DNA from: Felis catus
Taxonomy: Eukaryota
NCBI RefSeq assembly: GCF_018350175.1
Contig: NW_025408521.1
Location: forward strand, 124,001 to 188,000
Length of the DNA: 64,000 nt
Direction of reading: 5' to 3'
Shown: piece after piece, positions 12,976-23,600 of the stretch
How the letters are laid out: every line of letters starts with the position of its first letter
How positions within the stretch are numbered: the stretch's first letter is position 1
The notes under the pieces: generated by a model
Seen by the model: only the letters and a program-made list of their open reading frames with translations
The model's database searches: none
What the model was told of the DNA's origin: nothing
Translations under genes and position numbers: made by a program

Positions 12976-14739
12976 GCTCGCCCCGGGCCTCCAGGCCCGG
13001 GGCTGCTCGCCCCGGGCCTCCAGGCCCGGGGCTGCTCGCCCCGGGCCTCCAGGCCCGGGGCTGCTCGCCCCGGGCCTCCAGGCCCGGGGCTGCTCGCCCC
13101 GGGCCTCCAGGCCCGGGGCTGCTCGCCCCGGGCCTCCAGGCCCGGGGCTGCTCGCCCCGGGCCTCCAGGCCCGGGGCTGCTCGCCCCGGGCCTCCAGGCC
13201 CGGGGCTGCTCGCCCCGGGCCTCCAGGCCCGGGGCTGCTCGCCCCGGGCCTCCAGGCCCGGGGCTGCTCGCCCCGGGCCTCCAGGCCCGGGGCTGCTCGC
13301 CCCGGGCCTCCAGGCCCGGGGCTGCTCGCCCCGGGCCTCCAGGCCCGGGGCTGCTCGCCCCGGGCCTCCAGGCCCGGGGCTGCTCGCCCCGGGCCTCCAG
13401 GCCCGGGGCTGCTCGCCCCGGGCCTCCAGGCCGGGGCTGCTCGCCCCGGGCCTCCAGGCCCGGGGCTGCTCGCCCCGGGGAAGTTCGGAGGGATAGGCCC
13501 GGGCTGCTCCTGCTCGCCCCGGGCCTCCAGGCCCGGGGCTGCTCGCCCCGGGCCTCCAGGCCCGGGGCTGCTCGCCCCGGGCCTCCAGGCCCGGGGCTGC
13601 TCGCCCCGGGCCTCCAGGCCCGGGGCTGCTCGCCCCGGGCCTCCAGGCCCGGGGCTGCTCGCCCCGGGCCTCCAGGCCCGGGGCTGCTCGCCCCGGGCCT
13701 CCAGGCCCGGGGCTGCTCGCCCCGGGCCTCCAGGCCCGGGGCTGCTCGCCCCGGGCCTCCAGGCCCGGGGCTGCTCGCCCCGGGCCTCCAGGCCCGGGGC
13801 TGCTCGCCCCGGGCCTCCAGGCCCGGGGCTGCTCGCCCCGGGCCTCCAGGCCCGGGGCTGCTCGCCCCGGGCCTCCAGGCCCGGGGCTGCTCGCCCCGGG
13901 CCTCCAGGCCCGGGGCTGCTCGCCCCGGGCCTCCAGGCCCGGGGCTGCTCGCCCCGGGCCTCCAGGCCCGGGGCTGCTCGCCCCGGGCCTCCAGGCCCGG
14001 GGCTGCTCGCCCCGGGCCTCCAGGCCCGGGGCTGCTCGCCCCGGGCCTCCAGGCCCGGGGCTGCTCGCCCCGGGCCTCCAGGCCCGGGGCTGCTCGCCCC
14101 GGGCCTCCAGGCCCGGGGCTGCTCGCCCCGGGCCTCCAGGCCCGGGGCTGCTCGCCCCGGGCCTCCAGGCCCGGGGCTGCTCGCCCCGGGCCTCCAGGCC
14201 CGGGGCTGCTCGCCCCGGGCCTCCAGGCCCGGGGCTGCTCGCCCCGGGCCTCCAGGCCCGGGGCTGCTCGCCCCGGGCCTCCAGGCCCGGGGCTGCTCGC
14301 CCCGGGCCTCCAGGCCCGGGGCTGCTCGCCCCGGGCCTCCAGGCCCGGGGCTGCTCGCCCCGGGCCTCCAGGCCCGGGGCTGCTCGCCCCGGGCCTCCAG
14401 GCCCGGGGCTGCTCGCCCCGGGCCTCCAGGCCCGGGGCTGCTCGCCCCGGGCCTCCAGGCCCGGGGCTGCTCGCCCCGGGCCTCCAGGCCCGGGGCTGCT
14501 CGCCCCGGGCCTCCAGGCCCGGGGCTGCTCGCCCCGGGCCTCCAGGCCCGGGGCTGCTCGCCCCGGGCCTCCAGGCCCGGGGCTGCTCGCCCCGGGCCTC
14601 CAGGCCCGGGGCTGCTCGCCCCGGGCCTCCAGGCCCGGGGCTGCTCGCCCCGGGCCTCCAGGCCCGGGGCTGCTCGCCCCGGGCCTCCAGGCCCGGGGCT
14701 GCTCGCCCCGGGCCTCCAGGCCCGGGGCTGCTCGCCCCG
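12976..14739 (+). repeat. Long 29-bp tract (~60 monomers) containing a spacer remnant
   Basis: Pure 29-mer except for GGGGAAGTTCGGAGGGATAGG at ~13477-13497, which matches the spacer. Confidence 0.93.
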
Positions 14740-16703
14740 GCTCACTGTGCCTGAAGCCGTTCCTGTACCTGAAAGATGGGCTCACACCCCCCTCCAGGCC
14801 CGGGGCTGCTCGCCCCGGGGAAGTTCGGAGGGATAGGGCCCGGGGCTCCGCTCGCCCCGGGCCTCCAGGCCCGGGGCTGCTCGCCCCGGGCCTCATCAGG
14901 GCTGAAGCCTCTCCCCGTACCCGACAGAAACGGGTCAGTGTTTCCCACACAGCCTCCAGGCCCGGGGGTCTCAACTAAGAAACTTACGGGGAAGGATGGA
15001 GAAGTGGGAGACCCAGAATCCAATGCAGCCCCTCCAGGGGCTATGCAACAAGCCCAAAATCCCAAGGAGGCATATGCCTGAATCCTGAAAAGCCAACAAA
15101 CCCTTCCTCTCAGCTCCGAAACTCCCGGGTTAGGCCCGAGAGCTGCGAGACCCAGAATCCCAAACACCTGCTACGAGCCCCGGCCTCCAGGCCCTGAGTC
15201 GTTACCATGGCTCACCATGGCTGGAGCCTCTCCCCGTACCTGAGATAAAGGGGTCACAGAACCAGAAACAGGCTCCAGACACAGGGGTCTCAGCTCAGAA
15301 ACTCCCCCCGGGCCTCCAGGCCCGGGGCTTTCGGGGACCTCCAGTGCCCGGGGCTGCTCGCCCCGGGCCTCCAGGCCCGGGGCTGCTCGCCCCGGGCCTC
15401 CAGGCCCGGGGCTGCTCGCCCCGGGCCTCCAGGCCCGGGGCTGCTCGCCCCGGGCCTCCAGGCCCGGGGCTGCTCGCCCCGGGCCTCCAGGCCCGGGGCT
15501 GCTCGCCCCGGGCCTCCAGGCCCGGGGCTGCTCGCCCCGGGCCTCCAGGCCCGGGGCTGCTCGCCCCGGGCCTCCAGGCCCGGGGCTGCTCGCCCCGGGC
15601 CTCCAGGCCCGGGGCTGCTCGCCCCGGGCCTCCAGGCCCGGGGCTGCTCGCCCCGGGCCTCCAGGCCCGGGGCTGCTCGCCCCGGGCCTCCAGGCCCGGG
15701 GCTGCTCGCCCCGGGCCTCCAGGCCCGGGGCTGCTCGCCCCGGGCCTCCAGGCCCGGGGCTGCTCGCCCCGGGCCTCCAGGCCCGGGGCTGCTCGCCCCG
15801 GGCCTCCAGGCCCGGGGCTGCTCGCCCCGGGCCTCCAGGCCCGGGGCTGCTCGCCCCGGGCCTCCAGGCCCGGGGCTGCTCGCCCCGGGCCTCCAGGCCC
15901 GGGGCTGCTCGCCCCGGGCCTCCAGGCCCGGGGCTGCTCGCCCCGGGCCTCCAGGCCCGGGGCTGCTCGCCCCGGGCCTCCAGGCCCGGGGCTGCTCGCC
16001 CCGGGCCTCCAGGCCCGGGGCTGCTCGCCCCGGGCCTCCAGGCCCGGGGCTGCTCGCTATGGCTCACTGTGCCTGAAGCCGTTCCTGTACCTGAAAGATG
16101 GGCTCACACAAACACAAACACCCGCCAGGCTCTGGGTTCCTTGCTCAGAATCTCCCGGGGAAGTTCGGAGGGATAGGATGCACAAAATGGATAGTGCTCC
16201 TGCTCGCCCCAGGCCTCCACGCCCGGGGCTGTATCTTACCATGGCTCATCAGGGCTGAAGCCTCTCCCTGTACCCGACAGAAACGGGTCAGTGTTTCCCA
16301 CACAGCCTCCAGACCAGGGGGTCTCAACTAAGAAACTTACGGGGAAGGATGGAGAAGTGGGAGACCCAGAATGCAATGCAGCCCCTCCGGGGGCTATGCA
16401 ACAAGCCCAAAAACCCAAGGAGGCATATGCCTGAATCCTGAAAAGCCAACAAACCCTTCCTCTCAGCTCCGAAACTCCCGGGTTAGGACCGAGAGATGCG
16501 AGACCCAGAATCCCAAACACCTGCTACGAGCCCCGGCCTCCAGGCCCTGAGTCGTTACCATGGCTCACCATGGCTGGAGCCTTTCCCTGTACCTGAGATA
16601 AAGGGGTCACAGAACCAGAAACAGGCTCCAGACACAGGGGTCTCAGCTCAGAAACTCCCCAGAAAGGTCCGAGGGTTTGGGGACACAAAATAGGAAGTGC
16701 CCC

Positions 16704-16958
16704 GCTCGCCCCGGGCCTCCAGGCCCGGGGCTGCTCGCCCCGGGCCTCCAGGCCCGGGGCTGCTCGCCCCGGGCCTCCAGGCCCGGGGCTGCAGCCCCGG
16801 GCCTCCAGGCCCGGGGCTGCAGCCCCGGGCCTCCAGGCCCGGGGCTGCTCGCCCCGGGCCTCCAGGCCCGGGGCGAGCAGCCCGGGCCTCCAGGCCCGGG
16901 GCTGCTCGCCCCGGGCCTCCAGGCCCGGGGCGAGCTCGCCCCGGGCCTGGGGGCGAGC
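16704..16958. other. Inversion junction of the array inside a 29-mer tract
   Basis: The left flank GGGGACACAAAATAGGAAGTGCCCCGCTCGCC is mirrored on the right by GGCGAGCGGGGCACTTCCTATTTTGTGTCCCC. The tract mixes linkers TGCTC, TGCA, GAGCA and GAGCTC. Confidence 0.95.
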
Positions 16959-19900
16959 GGGGCACTTCCTATTTTGTGTCCCCAATCCCTCCGACCTTTC
17001 TGGGGAGTTTCTGAGCTGAGAACCCAGTGTCTGGAGACTGTTTCTGGTTCTGTGACCCCTTTATCTCAGGTACAGGGAACGGCTCCAGCCATGGTGAGCC
17101 ATGGGAACGACTCAGGGCCTGGAGGCCGGGGCTCGAAGCAGGTGTTTGGGATTCTGGGTCTCGCATCCCTCGGTCCTAACCCGGGAGTTTCGGAGCTGAG
17201 AGGAAGGGTTTGTTGGCTTTTCAGGATTCAGGCATATGCCTCCTAGGGATTTTGTGCTTGCTGCATAGCCCCTGGAGGGGGCTGCATGGCATTCTGTGTC
17301 TCCCACTTCTCCATCCTTCCCCGTAAGTTTCTTAGCTGAGACCCCCTGGCCTGGAGGCTGTGTGGGAAACACTGACCCGTTTCTGTGGGGTACAGGGAGA
17401 GGCTTCAGCCCTGATGAGCCATGGTAAGATACAGCCCCGGGCGTGGAGGCCCCGGGCGAGCAGGAGCACAACCCATTTTGTGCAACCTATCCCTCCGAAC
17501 TTCCCCGAGGGTTTCTGAGCAGGGAACCCAGAGCCTGGCGGGTGTCTTTATTGGTGTGAGCCCATCTTTCAGGTACAGGAACGGCTTCAGGCATAGTGAG
17601 CCATAGCGAGCAGCCCCGGGCGTGGAGGCCCGGGGCGAGCAGCCCCGGGCGTGGAGGCCCGGGGCGAGCAGCCCCGGGCGTGGAGGCCCGGGGCGAGCAG
17701 CCCCGGGCGTGGAGGCCCGGGGCGAGCAGCCCCGGGCGTGGAGGCCCGGGGCGAGCAGCCCCGGGCCTGGAGGCCCGGGGCGAGCAGCCCCGGGCCTGGA
17801 GGCCCGGGGCGAGCAGCCCCGGGCGTGGAGGCCCGGGGCGAGCAGCCCCGGGCCTGGAGGCCCGGGGCGAGCAGCCCCGGGCCTGGAGGCCCGGGGCGAG
17901 CAGCCCCGGGCCTGGAGGCCCGGGGCGAGCAGCCCCGGGCCTGGAGGCCCGGGGCGAGCAGCCCCGGGCCTGGAGGCCCGGGGCGAGCAGCCCCGGGCCT
18001 GGAGGCCCGGGGCGAGCAGCCCCGGGCCTGGAGGCCCGGGGCGAGCAGCCCCGGGCCTGGAGGCCCGGGGCGAGCAGCCCCGGGCCTGGAGGCCCGGGGC
18101 GAGCAGCCCCGGGCCTGGAGGCCCGGGGCGAGCAGCCCCGGGCCTGGAGGCCCGGGGCGAGCAGCCCCGGGCCTGGAGGCCCGGGGCGAGCAGCCCCGGG
18201 CCTGGAGGCCCGGGGCGAGCAGCCCCGGGCCTGGAGGCCCGGGGCGAGCAGCCCCGGGCCTGGAGGGCGAGCGGGGCACTTCCCATTTTGGGTCCCCAAT
18301 CCCTCCCACCTTTCTGGGGAGTTTCTGAGCTGAGAACCCAGTGTCTGGAGACTGTTTCTGGTTCTGTGACCCCTTTATCTCAGGTACAGGGAACGGCTCC
18401 AGCCATGGTGAGCCATGGGAATGACTCAGGGCCTGGAGGCCGGGGCTCGTAGCAGGTGTTTGGGATTCTGGGTCTCGTATCCCTCGGTCCTAACCCGGGA
18501 GTTTCGGAGCTGAGAGGAAGGGTTTGTTGGCTTTTCAGGATTCAGGCATATGCCTCCTAGGGATTTTGTGCTTGCTGCATAGCCGCTGGAGGGGGCTGCA
18601 TGGCATACTGTGTCTCCCACTTGTCCATCCTTCCCCGTAAGTTTCTTAGCTGAGACCCCCTATTCTGGAGGCTGTGTGGGAAACACTGACCCGTTTCTGT
18701 GGGGTACAGGGAGAGGCTTCAGCCCTGATGAGCCATGGTAAGATACAGCCCCGGGCGTGGAGGCCCCGAGTGAGCAGGAGCACAACCCATTTTGTGCAAC
18801 CTATCCCTCCGAACTTCCCCGAGGGTTTCTGAGCAGGGAACCCAGAGCTTGGCGGGTGTCTTTATTGGTGTGAGCCCATCTTTCAGGTACAGGAACGGCT
18901 TCAGGCATAGTGAGCCATAGCGAGCAGCCCCGGGCGTGGAGGCCCGGGGCGAGCAGCCCCGGGCGTGGAGGCCCGGGGCGAGCAGCCCCGGGCGTGGAGG
19001 CCCGGGGCGAGCAGCCCCGGGCGTGGAGGCCCGGGGCGAGCAGCCCCGGGCGTGGAGGCCCGGGGCGAGCAGCCCCGGGCGTGGAGGCCCGGGGCGAGCA
19101 GCCCCGGGCCTGGAGGCCCGGGGCGAGCAGCCCCGGGCCTGGAGGCCCGGGGCGAGCAGCCCCGGGCCTGGGGGCCCGGGGCGAGCAGCCCCGGGCGTGG
19201 AGGCCCGGGGCGAGCAGCCCCGGGCCTGGAGGCCCGGGGCGAGCAGCCCCGGGCCTGGAGGCCCGGGGCGAGCAGCCCCGGGCCTGGAGGCCCGGGGCGA
19301 GCAGCCCCGGGCCTGGAGGCCCGGGGCGAGCAGCCCCGGGCCTGGAGGCCCGGGGCGAGCAGCCCCGGGCCTGGGGGCCCGGGGCGAGCAGCCCCGGGCC
19401 TGGAGGCCCGGGGCGAGCAGCCCCGGGCCTGGGGGCCCGGGGCGAGCAGCCCCGGGCCTGGGGGCCCGGGGCGAGCAGCCCCGGGCCTGGGGGCCCGGGG
19501 CGAGCAGCCCCGGGCCTGGAGGCCCGGGGCGAGCAGCCCCGGGCCTGGAGGCCCGGGGCGAGCAGCCCCGGGCCTGGGGGCCCGGGGCGAGCAGCCCCGG
19601 GCCTGGGGGCCCGGGGCGAGCGGGGCACTTCCTATTTTGTGTCCCCAAACCCTCGGAACTTTCTGGGGAGTTTCTGAGCTGAGACCCCTGTGTCTGGAGC
19701 CTGTTTCTGGTTCTGTGACCCCTTTATCTCAGGTACAGGGAAAGGCTCCAGCCATGGTGAGCCATGGTAACGACTCAGGGCCTGGAGGCCGGGGCTCGTA
19801 GCAGGTGTTTGGGATTCTGGGTCTCGCATCTCTCGGTCCTAACCCGGGAGTTTCGGAGCTGAGAGGAAGGGTTTGTTGGCTTTTCAGGATTCAGGCATAT

Positions 19901-20680
19901 GCCTCCTAGGGATTTTGTGCTTGCTGCATAGCCTCTGGAGGGGGCTGCATGGCATTCTGTGTCTCCCACTTCTCCATCCTTCCCCGTAAGTTTCTTAGCT
20001 GAGACCCCCTGGTCTGGAGGCTGTGTGGGAAACACTGACCCGTTTCTGTGGGGTACAGGGAGAGGCTTCAGCCCTGATGAGCCATGGTAAGATACAGCCC
20101 TGGGCGTGGAGGCCCCGAGTGAGCAGGAGCACAACCCATTTTGTGCAACCTATCCCTCCGAACTTCCCCGAGGGTTTCTGAGCAGGGAACCCAGAGCTTG
20201 GCGGGTGTCTTTATTGGTGTGAGCCCATCTTTCAGGTACAGGAACGGCTTCAGGCATAGTGAGCCATAGCGAGCAGCCCCGGGCGTGGAGGCCCGGGGCG
20301 AGCAGCCCCGGGCGTGGAGGCCCGGGGCGAGCAGCCCCGGGCGTGGAGGCCCGGGGCGAGCAGCCCCGGGCGTGGAGGCCCGGGGCGAGCAGCCCCGGGC
20401 GTGGAGGCCCGGGGCGAGCAGCCCCGGGCGTGGAGGCCCGGGGCGAGCAGCCCCGGGCCTGGAGGCCCGGGGCGAGCAGCCCCGGGCCTGGAGGCCCGGG
20501 GCGAGCAGCCCCGGGCCTGGAGGCCCGGGGCGAGCAGCCCCGGGCCTGGAGGCCCGGGGCGAGCAGCCCCGGGCCTGGAGGCCCGGGGCGAGCAGCCCCG
20601 GGCCTGGAGGCCCGGGGCCAGCAGCCCCGGGCCTGGAGGCCCGGGGCCAGCAGCCCCGGGCCTGGAGGCCCGGGGCGAGC

Positions 20681-23600
20681 GGGGCACTTCCCATTTTGTG
20701 TCCCCAATCCCTCCCACCTTTCTGGGGAGTTTCTGAGCTGAGAACCCAGTGTCTGGAGACTGTTTCTGGTTCTGTGACCCCTTTATCTCAGGTACAGGGA
20801 ACGGCTCCAGCCATGGTGAGCCATGGGAATGACTCAGGGCCTGGAGGCCGGGGCTCGTAGCAGGTGTTTGGGATTCTGGGTCTCGTATCCCTCGGTCCTA
20901 ACCCGGGAGTTTCGGAGCTGAGAGGAAGGGTTTGTTGGCTTTTCAGGATTCAGGCATATGCCTCCTTGGGTTTTTGGGCTTGTTGCATAGCCCCCGGAGG
21001 GGCTGCATTGGATTCTGGGTCTCCCACTTCTCCATCCTTCCCCGTGAGTTTCTTAGTTGAGACCCCCTGGTCTGGAGGCTGTGTGGGAAACACTGACCCG
21101 TTTCTGTCGGGTACTGGGAGAGGCTTCAGCCCTGATGAGCCATGGTAAGATACAGCCCCGGGCGTGGAGGCCTGGGGCGAGTGGAGCACTATCCATTTTG
21201 TGCATCCTATCCCTCCGAACTTCCCCGGGAGATTCTGAGCAAGGAACCCAGAGCCTGGCGGGTGTTTGTGTTTGTGTGAGCCCATCTTTCAGGTACAGGA
21301 ACGGCTTCAGGCACAGTGAGCCATAGCGAGCAGCCCCGGGCGTGGAGGCCCGGGGCGAGCAGCCCCGGGCGTGGAGGCCCGGGGCGAGCAGCCCCGGGCG
21401 TGGAGGCCCGGGGCGAGCAGCCCCGGGCGTGGAGGCCCGGGGCGAGCAGCCCCGGGCCTGGAGGCCCGGGGCGAGCAGCCCCGGGCGTGGAGGCCCGGGG
21501 CGAGCAGCCCCGGGCCTGGAGGCCCGGGGCCAGCAGCCCCGGGCCTGGAGGCCCGGGGCGAGCGGGGCACTTCCTATTTTGTGTCCCCAAACCCTCAGAC
21601 CTTTCTGGGGAGTTTCTGAGCTGAGACCCCTGTGTCTGGAGCCTGTTTCTGGTTCTGTGACCCCTTTATCTCAGGTATAGGGAGAGGCTCCAGCCATGGT
21701 GAGCCATGGTAACGACTCAGGGCCTGGAGGCCGGGGCTCGTAGCAGGTGTTTGGGATTCTGGGTCTCGCATCTCTCGGTCCTATCCCGGGAGTTTCGGAG
21801 CTGAGAGGAAGGGTTTGTTGGCTTTTCAGGATTCAGGCATATGCCTCCTTGGGTTTTTGGGCTTGTTGCATAGCCCCCGGAGGGGCTGCATTGGATTCTG
21901 GGTCTCCCACTTCTCCATCCTTCCCTGTGAGTTTCTTAGTTGAGACCCCCTGGTCTGGAGGCTGTGTGGGAAACACTGACCCGTTTCTGTCGGGTACTGG
22001 GAGAGGCTTCAGCCCTGATGAGCCATGGTAAGATACAGCCCCGGGCGTGGAGGCCTGGGGCGAGTGGAGCACTATCCATTTTGTGCATCCTATCCCTCCG
22101 AACTTCCCCGGGAGATTCTGAGCAAGGAACCCAGAGCCTGGCGGGTGTTTGTGTTTGTGTGAGCCCATCTTTCAGGTACAGGAACGGCTTCAGGCACAGT
22201 GAGCCATAGCGAGCAGCCCCGGGCGTGGAGGCCCGGGGCGAGCAGCCCCGGGCGTGGAGGCCCGGGGCGAGCAGCCCCGGGCCTGGAGGCCCGGGGCGAG
22301 CTGGCCCCGGGCCTGGAGGCCCGGGGCGAGCTGGCCCCGGGCCTGGAGGCCCGGGGCGAGCTGGCCCCGGGCCTGGAGGCCCGGGGCGAGCTGGCCCCGG
22401 GCCTGGAGGCCCGGGGCGAGCGGGGCACTTCCTATTTTGTGTCCCCAAACCCTCGGACCTTTCTGGGGAGTTTCTGAGCTGAGACCCCTGTGTCTGGAGC
22501 CTGTTTCTGGTTCTGTGACCCCTTTATCTCAGGTATAGGGAAAGGCTCCAGCCATGGTGAGCCATGGTAACGACTCAGGGCCTGGAGGCCGGGGCTCGTA
22601 GCAGGTGTTTGGGATTCTGGGTCTCGCATCTCTCGGTCCTATCCCGGGAGTTTCGGAGCTGAGAGGAAGGGTTTGTTGGCTTTTCAGGATTCAGGCATAT
22701 GCCTCCTTGGGTTTTTGGGCTTGTTGCATAGCCCCCGGAGGGGCTGCATTGGATTCTGGGTCTCCCACTTCTCCATCCTTCCCCGTGAGTTTCTTAGTTG
22801 AGACCCCCTGGTCTGGAGGCTGTGTGGGAAACACTGACCCGTTTCTGTCGGGTACTGGGAGAGGCTTCAGCCCTGATGAGCCATGGTAAGATACAGCCCC
22901 GGGCGTGGAGGCCTGGGGCGAGTGGAGCACTATCCATTTTGTGCATCCTATCCCTCCGAACTTCCCCGGGAGATTCTGAGCAAGGAACCCAGAGCCTGGC
23001 GGGTGTTTGTGTTTGTGTGAGCCCATCTTTCAGGTACAGGAACGGCTTCAGGCACAGTGAGCCATCGCGAGCAGCCCCGGGCGTGGAGGCCCGGGGCGAG
23101 CAGCCCCGGGCATGGAGGCCCGGGGCGAGCAGCCCCGGGCGTGGAGGCCCGGGGCGAGCAGCCCCGGGCGTGGAGGCCCGGGGCGAGCAGCCCCGGGCGT
23201 GGAGGCCCGGGGCGAGCAGCCCCGGGCGTGGAGGCCCGGGGCGAGCAGCCCCGGGCCTGGAGGCCCGGGGCGAGCAGCCCCGGGCGTGGAGGCCCGGGGC
23301 GAGCAGCCCCGGGCCTGGAGGCCCGGGGCCAGTAGCCCCGGGCCTGGAGGCCCGGGGCCAGCAGCCCCGGGCCTGGAGGCCCGGGGCCAGCAGCCCCGGG
23401 CCTGGAGGCCCGGGGCCAGCAGCCCCGGGCCTGGAGGCCCGGGGCGAGCGGGGCACTTCCCATTTTGTGTCCCCAATCCCTCCCACCTTTCTGGGGAGTT
23501 TCTGAGCTGAGAACCCAGTGTCTGGAGACTGTTTCTGGTTCTGTGACCCCTTTATCTCAGGTACAGGGAACGGCTCCAGCCATGGTGAGCCATGGGAATG

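Larger units (their letters stand above)
1..16703 (+). repeat. Left arm of the compound satellite (orientation arbitrarily called +), about 12 recognisable spacers
   Basis: Spacers read GCTCGCTATGGCTCACTGTG...ATAGGAAGTGCCCC and start at 3827, 5116, 6318, 7375, 8693, ~9550, 10591, 11445, 12328, ~14740 and 16052, with a partial copy at 1-521. Tracts use loop CC and linker TGCTC. Confidence 0.97.

Noticed and set aside
16052..17611. Inversion as a simple fold-back read artefact
   Set aside because: The flanking spacers belong to different subtypes and the arms are not unit-by-unit mirrors. An assembler misjoin is still possible and is noted in the finding.
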